From positions 1 through 34,357 of the forward strand of contig JBJOPY010000089.1 in assembly GCA_046050405.1 (NCBI GenBank): a stretch of DNA of 34,357 nucleotides. The letters run 5' to 3'. The notes under the pieces were generated by a model. The model was not told where the DNA came from, made no database searches, and was given only the letters and a program-made list of their open reading frames with translations. The DNA comes from Bacteroidota bacterium (GTDB lineage: Bacteria > Bacteroidota > Bacteroidia > J057 > JADKCL01). The translations under genes were made by a program, and so were the position numbers. Of the stretch, positions 1-6,625 are shown piece by piece; within the stretch, counting starts at the first letter, position 1, and each line of letters starts with the position of its first letter.

Positions 1-311
1 TCGGCATCGTTCAGCCGTGCGACCACCGTGCCCTGGGAGACGATGGCTCCCTCCGGGACATGGAGGTAGACGAGACGGCCGCTGACCTCGGGGTGGAGAT
101 CCACGTACTCATTGGCAGCGACCTCGCCATTAACCTCGATTTCACTGGAGACGGCGGTGGGCTGCGCCAAGATGACATCGACAATGGTAGGCGGTGGGCC
201 TCCCCCTTGCTTCGAGGGTTCCGGCTTTCCGGAACAGGCGAAAACCAAGGCCGAAAGGAGCCAGATCATCCATGGCAACCGGTGGGAGGCTGGAAGCACT
301 TTCGTTTTCAC
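1..311 (-). CDS. Efflux RND transporter periplasmic adaptor (membrane fusion protein), 5' part only; runs off the left edge
   Basis: Not in the ORF track because there is no stop in the window. Manual translation from GTG at 311 gives MKTKVLPASHRLPWMIWLLSALVFACSGKPEPSKQGGGPPTIVDVILAQPTAVSSEIEVNGEVAANEYVDLHPEVSGRLVYLHVPEGAIVSQGTVVARLNDA: a lipobox-like VFAC followed by the typical MFP beta-barrel/lipoyl pattern (EVSGR...V.EG..V..G.VVARL). Confidence 0.85.
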   Translation of the reverse strand, partial: MKTKVLPASHRLPWMIWLLSALVFACSGKPEPSKQGGGPPPTIVDVILAQPTAVSSEIEVNGEVAANEYVDLHPEVSGRLVYLHVPEGAIVSQGTVVARLNDA

Positions 312-380
312 ACAATGAAAGGTGTTCACGCCTCAAATCTAACCGTTGACCACCACAAGGTGCTGGATTATTTTTCGGAT

Positions 381-449
381 TTTGTTGGACAGGACGAGGC
401 CGTATCCCGTCAATTTTTCAGGAGGAGATCCCTCTTTTTGTCCAACAAA
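381..449. repeat. 11-bp perfect inverted repeat (TTTGTTGGACA / TGTCCAACAAA) with a 47-nt spacer
   Basis: Arms at 381-391 and 439-449, intergenic, upstream of the efflux adaptor start. Confidence 0.6.
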
Positions 450-466
450 GAACCCAGGCCAGGTGT

Positions 467-483
467 GGCCATCACCGATGGCC
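467..483 (-). terminator. GC-rich hairpin downstream of the lipoprotein gene, possible terminator
   Basis: GGCCATC-ACC-GATGGCC, 7-bp perfect stem about 40 nt past the stop at 523; no clear U-tract. Confidence 0.3.
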
Positions 484-522
484 GGTCTTCCATGAACCTG
501 AACCAAGGAGCCAGAACTGGAC

Positions 523-1170
523 TCAGTGCGCCAGGATGGTCTTCTCCTTGGTCAAAATCGCATGAAAAGGAACTGGCTTTTCGCCTTGGGTCCATTCGCC
601 CCAGAGTTCCACCCCATTGTCAGCTGCCTTCACAGCCTTCAGTGTCATGGCCAGCTTGCTGGTGTCGGATTGTGAAGCCCAATAGCTTCGTTGCTCGTCC
701 AAATAGGCGCCATAGACGATCATCGAGGCCTCCGAGGGGCGGGTGCCATAATTGAGGGAGAAAACCTTCCACCCGTCCGGGCCGTCATACAGGGCGTTGC
801 CAGTCTGGAAAAATTCGACTTCATCCGGCATGGATTTCAGGATGCCGTCCGCAAAGCGGACGATGCTCTCGCGACTCGTGATCTGATCCAGCCAATCCGG
901 CAGAGCACCCTTGCCCGCGACAAGGTTGGCTGAGCCCAGCTTCAGTCCTTTTTCCACTTTGACGACCACTTGCTTCCCAAAGATGCTGTCCGGGAGGTCA
1001 TTGACGGGAAAGTTCTGCGGTTCGATCTTCACCACCTGAGGGGTGTCGATGGAGTCCTTGGCCTTGTCACCACCCTCGGTGCCCCCGCCGCAGCCAGTTG
1101 CCAAGATCAATGTTCCAGCCAAGAGAATGGTCGTGAAGCGTATGCGCATCGGTTTCAATCTCATTTTCAT
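523..1170 (-). CDS. Hypothetical lipoprotein
   Basis: Basic N-terminus, hydrophobic stretch and lipobox (RIRFTTILLAGTLILATG|C), then a Gly-rich linker. Start is ATG 1170, 1164 or 1149 rather than the track's 1221. Confidence 0.75.
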   Translation of the reverse strand: MKMRLKPMRIRFTTILLAGTLILATGCGGGTEGGDKAKDSIDTPQVVKIEPQNFPVNDLPDSIFGKQVVVKVEKGLKLGSANLVAGKGALPDWLDQITSRESIVRFADGILKSMPDEVEFFQTGNALYDGPDGWKVFSLNYGTRPSEASMIVYGAYLDEQRSYWASQSDTSKLAMTLKAVKAADNGVELWGEWTQGEKPVPFHAILTKEKTILAH

Positions 1171-1244
1171 TGGTACAGTAATTGAATAATGATGTCCCTT
1201 TTTGTGGTGTTTTTCCAGCAAGCCCCCGCAGCTTCGGGCGGCTA

Positions 1245-2918
1245 TCAGCGCGAAAGCTTCTTGTACCGAATCCGGGTGGGCCCGGCGTCCCCGAGCCGCT
1301 TCTTCTTGTCTTCTTCGTATTCAGAGAATGATCCCTCGTAGAAGAACACCCGCGAGTCCCCTTCGAAGGCCAGGATGTGCGTACAAACACGGTCCAGGAA
1401 CCAGCGGTCGTGGGAAATGATCACCGCAGATCCCCCGAAGTGGTCGATGGCCTCCTCCAATGCGCGAAGCGTGTTCACGTCCAGGTCGTTCGTAGGCTCG
1501 TCCAGGAGCAGGACGTTCGCCCCTGAGCGCAAGATGCGTGCGAGGTGAAGACGATTTCGCTCCCCTCCGGAGAGCTGTTTCACCTTTTTGCTCTGATCGG
1601 TCCCGGCAAAGTTGAAGCGGCTCACATAGGCGCGGCCGTTCATTTCCTTCGTGCCCAGGATGATGATGTCGTTGCCGCCCGTGATGGCGTCATAGACAGA
1701 GGCCTCCATGTCCAGGTCGTCGTGCTCCTGGTCCACGTAGGCCAGCTGGACGGTTTCCCCCACCTCGAAGGTGCCTGTGTCTGGCTTTTCCTTGCCCGTG
1801 ATCATGCGAAACAAGGTCGTCTTCCCCGCACCATTGGGGCCGATCACTCCGACCACAGCACCTTTGGGGACGACGAACTCCATCCCTTCGTACAAGAGCT
1901 TGTCGCCAAACGCCTTGGAAACGCCATGCGCCTCGATCACCTTGTCGCCCAGGCGCGGTCCGGAAGGGATGTAGATCTCCAGGTCTTGTTCCCTCTGGTT
2001 GCCGTCCTCTGCGACCATCTTCTCGTATGCGGAGATGCGCGCCTTGCCTTTCGCATGGCGTGCCTTGGGGGCCATGCGAATCCACTCCAGCTCGCGCTCC
2101 AGCGTCTTGTTGCGCTTGCTTTCCTGCTTTTGCTCTTGATCGAGCTTCTTCTGCTTCTGTTCCAGCCATGAGGTGTAGTTGCCTTTCCACGGAACCCCAT
2201 GGCCACGATCAAGCTCCAGAATCCATCCCGCCACCTTGTCGAGGAAGTAACGGTCGTGGGTGACCGCGATCACGGTGCCCTCATAGTTCTGAAGGTGCTG
2301 TTCAAGCCATTGCACAGACTCGGCATCGAGGTGGTTGGTCGGCTCGTCCAGGAGCAGGACATCCGGCTTCTGTATCAGCAGCCGGCAAAGCGCCACTCGG
2401 CGCTTTTCACCTCCGGAAAGGGTGCCGACCTTCTGGTCCGATGGAGGGCAACGCAGCGCGTCCATCGCCACCTCCAGGTGGCTGTCGAGGTTCCAGGCGT
2501 CGGCGGCTTCGATTTTGTCCTGGAGAGCTGCCTGGCGATGGATGAGCTTGTCCATTGCCTCCGCGCTCATCTCCTCCATGAACTTCATGTTGATGTCTTC
2601 ATACTCCTGCAGCAATGCCGCGATCTCGGCTGCGCCTTCCCGCACGACCTCGATCACACTCTTGTCTGCATCGAGTTCCGGGTGCTGCTCAAGCATCCCC
2701 ACGGAATAACCCGGAGAAAAGGCTAGGTCTCCCTGGAAGTCAGTGTCCTTGCCAGCGATGATCCGCAACAATGTGGACTTCCCTTGACCATTCATCCCGA
2801 TCACGCCGATCTTGGCACCGAGGTAGAACCCGAGGGAGATGTCACGGATGACTTGCTTGTTGGGTGGGTAAACCTTGCTTACCCGGGACATTGAGAAAAT
2901 GATTTGACGGTCGCTCAT
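1245..2918 (-). CDS. ettA: Energy-dependent translational throttle protein EttA (ABC-F ATPase)
   Basis: Two ABC cassettes (GMNGQGKST / LSGGEKRR / LLLDEPTNHLD and GPNGAGKTT / LSGGERNR / LLLDEPTNDLD) plus EttA hallmarks 'GAKIGVIG' and 'LERELEWIR'. Likely start MSDRQIIFSM at 2918 (557 aa). Confidence 0.95.
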   Translation of the reverse strand: MSDRQIIFSMSRVSKVYPPNKQVIRDISLGFYLGAKIGVIGMNGQGKSTLLRIIAGKDTDFQGDLAFSPGYSVGMLEQHPELDADKSVIEVVREGAAEIAALLQEYEDINMKFMEEMSAEAMDKLIHRQAALQDKIEAADAWNLDSHLEVAMDALRCPPSDQKVGTLSGGEKRRVALCRLLIQKPDVLLLDEPTNHLDAESVQWLEQHLQNYEGTVIAVTHDRYFLDKVAGWILELDRGHGVPWKGNYTSWLEQKQKKLDQEQKQESKRNKTLERELEWIRMAPKARHAKGKARISAYEKMVAEDGNQREQDLEIYIPSGPRLGDKVIEAHGVSKAFGDKLLYEGMEFVVPKGAVVGVIGPNGAGKTTLFRMITGKEKPDTGTFEVGETVQLAYVDQEHDDLDMEASVYDAITGGNDIIILGTKEMNGRAYVSRFNFAGTDQSKKVKQLSGGERNRLHLARILRSGANVLLLDEPTNDLDVNTLRALEEAIDHFGGSAVIISHDRWFLDRVCTHILAFEGDSRVFFYEGSFSEYEEDKKKRLGDAGPTRIRYKKLSR

Positions 2919-2940
2919 GAATTGTTCTCCGAAATTTTTG

Positions 2941-2948
2941 TAAAGATA
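2941..2948 (-). promoter_or_regulatory. Candidate Bacteroidota -7 promoter box for ettA (TATCTTTA)
   Basis: One mismatch to TAnnTTTG, 22 nt upstream of ATG 2918. Confidence 0.45.
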
Positions 2949-3312
2949 GCCTTTGGAGGGAAATGATCGACAGCGGAAGACCGGCAATCCTGGCGGAATG
3001 GCAGGATTTTTTTCCATGAATGCGAACTTCAATCCCCTGCATGCAAGCTACTGCCCGTCCCGCAGCCTCTCCCAGGCCATTCTCTCCATCCAATGGTCTG
3101 ATACCATCCCATTGCAGGTCAATCCACATGGAAATGATCCCCCATCAGCAACACGCCGGGAGAGGGTCGCCATGGCACACCATAACAATGGGAATAACGG
3201 CAGGGAGCCATGTCCAAAGAGGATTCCAATCCCTCGTTACCAGACCTTGGGTTGGATGCGATTGCCTTGTCATTCGTGGTCAGGTGTAAATTGGCCAATG
3301 GTTAATTCTTCT

Positions 3313-3320
3313 TAACTTTA
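3313..3320 (+). promoter_or_regulatory. Candidate -7 promoter box (TAACTTTA) for the DUF5686 gene
   Basis: One mismatch to TAnnTTTG, 23 nt upstream of TTG 3344. Confidence 0.45.
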
Positions 3321-3343
3321 GCTCCGAATAGGCTACCAGAAAT

Positions 3344-5917
3344 TTGCCGCGACTTCGAACATACTGGAATCATCTTCCCCTCCGTTTTTTACTTACCTGC
3401 CTCATGCTTGTGGGAAGTTTTGTCTTTGCCCAGAAGGTGCAGTTCAGCGGGGTGGTCAGGGATTCCGTCACCAATGAGGTCTTGCCACTGGTGTCCGTGG
3501 TGTTGGATGGCACCACGAATGGACTGAATACAAATCTCGACGGGGAATTTCTCTTTTTGGTACCGAAAGGGAAGTACAAGGTCGTCGTCCGGGCATCGGG
3601 CTACCGGCAATACAGTGATAGCATCCTGCTGGACCGGGAAGTGACGGGTTTCATGGTGAGTTTAAAGCCTGTGAGTACATCCCTGGATGAGGTCGTCATC
3701 ACGTCCAAGGCTGTGAACCCTGCCCACAGGGTGATTCGAAATGCCATCGCAAACCGCCGCCGCAATCGGTTCGACAAGATCGACGCCTACGAATACGAGG
3801 CATACAACAAGCTCGTCCTCACGATGGACCACGTCACGGACAAGTTCCTGACGAGCAGGATGGTCAGGAACATTGGGGAGCAGGTGCAGGAAATCCTGGG
3901 GGACTCCCTGCATTCGGACAGCTCGACCTACAAGATCGCTGGATTTGTCTCCGAAAGCGTCAGCCGGTTCTATTATCTGAAGCCCGACCGGAAAAAGGAA
4001 GAAATCCTAGCCGTCCAAACCTCAGGAGTCAAAGGCTCAGAATACAACCTTCTCAGTTCGATGCTGCTGCAGATGGATATGTATGACAACAACGTCGTAT
4101 TGCTGGACCGAACCTTCCTGAGCCCGATTGCAGACGGAGCCTTTGTGGATTATGACTTCTTCATCCAGAGCATCGAAAGCCTGGGCCAGGATACGCTTTA
4201 TGGGATTCAGATTCTTCCCAAGCGACCCTATGACCCGGTTTTCAAAGGCACCATTTACATTGACAACAAACGATGGGCAATCAACCGGCTAGATTTGAAG
4301 TTAAACGACAACCCCAACATCAATTTTGTGGAGGATGTCCGCATCCGGCAGGAATATGAAGAGGTGGATACATTCTGGGTGCCGACACTCCTGGACGTGG
4401 AGGTGGATTTTCAGAACAGTCTGCTCAAGCGCACGGGTGGCAAAGGGGTCAGCGTCATCGGTCGCAGCAGCTCACACATTTACAATTATAAGATCAACCA
4501 ACCCAGGCCTCCGAAATTCTACCAACAGGAGCTGGTGGAGATCATGGAAGATGCAGAGACGAAAGACTCCACCTTCTGGGCGGAAGCCCGGAAGTCGCCA
4601 TTGGACAGGAGCGAACAGCTCGGGTTTGCATTGGTGGACTCGCTACGGTCGCGGGGTGTGCTGGATTTCTACATGGAGGCATCCAAGCTGGTCGTATGGG
4701 GTACCTACAAACGCAAGTATTGGGAATTGGGTCCATATTTCTACCTGCTCAGCTTCAATCAAGCCGAGGGCATCCGCACGCGGTGCGGCATCTATACCCG
4801 GCCGGGGTTCAGCAATTGGTTCTACTTCGGTGGCCATCTGGCCTATGGCCTCAGGGATGAACAATTGAAGTATCAAGTGGAGACGAAGTTCCGATTGCAG
4901 CGCAAACCGAAAATCGAGCTGGGATTGCGAAGGACTTATGAAGTGGAGCAAGTCGGATTCGAGAACTTCCTCAACAATGGTACCAGCCTCTTGCAAAGCA
5001 GCCTCAGGCGGGTACCGTTTACGCAGCTCAATTACTTCTGGGAGAACCGAGCCGACCTCAATGCGCATCTCTCCAGGGGGGTCAGTGGAGATTTCTACTT
5101 CCGCACGAAGGCGTTCGAACCTTGCAGCACCTTCCCATTCGGTTTCCGGCAAGCTGATGGCGGAATCGGCAGAACATATGCGATCACCGAGGCCGGGGCA
5201 GACCTGAGGGTTTCGTTCAAGGAGAAGTACATCACCGATGCACGCGGGGACAAGCGGTATGTCAGCAGCAAGTTCCCGATCTTCTACCTGAGGTACCGGC
5301 ATGGGTTCGATCACTTGCTGCATGGGCAGTACCGCTATGATGCAGCCGAAATCGAAATGAAAAACTACGCCCGGATGGGACGCTATGGCTGGTTTCGCTA
5401 CGACTTGCGGGCGGGGCAGGTGTTTGGAACCCTTCCCTTCCCTGCCCTGCATGTCTTCCGAGGCAACATGTCCTGGGGTTACGACCGCTATGGGTTCAAC
5501 TTGATGAACTACTATGAGTTCGTCGCGGATCGCTATGTCACCTTCGCAGGAGAGCAGCACTTCGAGGGCCTGCTGTGGAACCAACTGCCGCTGCTGCGCT
5601 GGTTGAAATGGAAGGAGGTGCTCACCTTCCGTCTCGCTTGGGGTACCCTTTCGCCTGATAACCTCCGGCTGAACGATGTTTGGTTGCCGAATATAGAAGG
5701 CGGAGCCTACCACCAACAGATCAAGGCTCCGGCTGCGATTCCCTATTTGGAGGCAGGAGCAGGGCTGTACAACATCTTCAAGGTCCTTAGGGTCGATGCC
5801 GTTTGGCGTCTCAATTACCATGATACACAGTGGCGAACCGACCCATCCATCCCGAAGGCGAACTGGGGCAGGTTCAATAATTTCGGACTGAGGGCTGATT
5901 TTAGCATTACCCTCTAG
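3344..5917 (+). CDS. DUF5686 family outer-membrane protein with N-terminal carboxypeptidase-regulatory-like domain
   Basis: 857 aa. Signal peptide ends VFA|Q; CarbopepD_reg_2 pattern (SGVVRDSVTNEVLPLVSV...GLNTNLDGEF...LDEVVI); 'NPAHRVIRNAI', 'YEAYNK', 'FLSPIAD', 'FNQAEGIR'; beta-barrel-like C-terminus 'PYLEAGAGLYNIFKVLRVDAVWRL'. TTG start, with an alternative ATG at 3404. Confidence 0.85.
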   Translation: MPRLRTYWNHLPLRFLLTCLMLVGSFVFAQKVQFSGVVRDSVTNEVLPLVSVVLDGTTNGLNTNLDGEFLFLVPKGKYKVVVRASGYRQYSDSILLDREVTGFMVSLKPVSTSLDEVVITSKAVNPAHRVIRNAIANRRRNRFDKIDAYEYEAYNKLVLTMDHVTDKFLTSRMVRNIGEQVQEILGDSLHSDSSTYKIAGFVSESVSRFYYLKPDRKKEEILAVQTSGVKGSEYNLLSSMLLQMDMYDNNVVLLDRTFLSPIADGAFVDYDFFIQSIESLGQDTLYGIQILPKRPYDPVFKGTIYIDNKRWAINRLDLKLNDNPNINFVEDVRIRQEYEEVDTFWVPTLLDVEVDFQNSLLKRTGGKGVSVIGRSSSHIYNYKINQPRPPKFYQQELVEIMEDAETKDSTFWAEARKSPLDRSEQLGFALVDSLRSRGVLDFYMEASKLVVWGTYKRKYWELGPYFYLLSFNQAEGIRTRCGIYTRPGFSNWFYFGGHLAYGLRDEQLKYQVETKFRLQRKPKIELGLRRTYEVEQVGFENFLNNGTSLLQSSLRRVPFTQLNYFWENRADLNAHLSRGVSGDFYFRTKAFEPCSTFPFGFRQADGGIGRTYAITEAGADLRVSFKEKYITDARGDKRYVSSKFPIFYLRYRHGFDHLLHGQYRYDAAEIEMKNYARMGRYGWFRYDLRAGQVFGTLPFPALHVFRGNMSWGYDRYGFNLMNYYEFVADRYVTFAGEQHFEGLLWNQLPLLRWLKWKEVLTFRLAWGTLSPDNLRLNDVWLPNIEGGAYHQQIKAPAAIPYLEAGAGLYNIFKVLRVDAVWRLNYHDTQWRTDPSIPKANWGRFNNFGLRADFSITL

Positions 5918-6055
5918 CGCCCAGGATCCAATGGCCGCATCTACCCACCGACCCGCCTCCAGCATAGCCTCAGAATTCCCGCCCGGCAAAAAAATCCACC
6001 CCCATTCAGTCTGTGGATCATTATTTCTTCCTATATTCAGCCCCGATAGAATGGA

Positions 6056-6226
6056 ATGCACAGAGATTTGGGCATCGTTGTCGCAGTGATAGCCTTGTTT
6101 TTTGCATCTGGGAAGGTTCTGGGCAGGAATTTGTACCACTGGTGCATCTTGACGGAAATCGGAACAGAAAGTCAGGAAGGGCAGTTACACGATGATGTGT
6201 CGGATCCAAGGAGTTTGAAAGTCTAA
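6056..6226 (+). CDS. Candidate 56-aa small membrane protein
   Basis: Manual translation MHRDLGIVVAVIALFFASGKVLGRNLYHWCILTEIGTESQEGQLHDDVSDPRSLKV*, with one N-terminal hydrophobic segment. Shorter than any ORF in the track. Confidence 0.3.
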   Translation: MHRDLGIVVAVIALFFASGKVLGRNLYHWCILTEIGTESQEGQLHDDVSDPRSLKV

Positions 6227-6350
6227 CCGTGAAGAATTTTTTATGTGGGAACTTTACCATCCCTCACCTATGGCCAAGTTGAATTGCACCCACCAGGCTA
6301 ATGTTCCAAGGATGCGTACCTTGGGAGCCCCCCGTTGCAGAAAGTTTTTC

Positions 6351-6605
6351 ATGGAAACGTTTCCAGTGTGCCTTTCTATGCCTGCGACTCTCTTCCTTGA
6401 CAATCTGCTGGGCATGGTCCTTGTTATGGCAGAGGCCTTGGTCTTCATGCCCCTATCCCTGCTCCTTCACCGATTCCGTGCAGGTTATGCTTTTGACTTG
6501 ACCTGCTCTCCGCTTCGCAATTTCAATGCAGGTTCCCATGCGCTCATGACCAGCATCGATCTGGGCCGGGGAGCCCCCAACCTCATGACCCCTCAAAATC
6601 CCTAA
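6351..6605 (+). CDS. Candidate 84-aa hydrophobic small protein / leader ORF of the OmpA gene
   Basis: Internal ATG of track ORF 6243..6605; hydrophobic segment LLGMVLVMAEALVFMPLSLLL; stops 20 nt before the OmpA ATG. Confidence 0.3.
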   Translation: METFPVCLSMPATLFLDNLLGMVLVMAEALVFMPLSLLLHRFRAGYAFDLTCSPLRNFNAGSHALMTSIDLGRGAPNLMTPQNP

Positions 6606-6625
6606 ACCTGAATTCTTCAATCACT

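Noticed and set aside
60-755. 231-aa plus-strand ORF
   Set aside because: Overlaps two better-supported minus-strand genes (efflux adaptor and lipoprotein).
2919-3032. N-terminal extension of EttA in the ORF track (likewise ispB 12780-12854 and lipoprotein 1171-1221)
   Set aside because: Family similarity begins at the downstream ATGs, and the ettA and ispB extensions contain candidate promoter boxes.
4643-6139. 498-aa minus-strand ORF
   Set aside because: Mostly antisense to the well-supported DUF5686 gene, with shadow-frame composition and no recognisable motifs.
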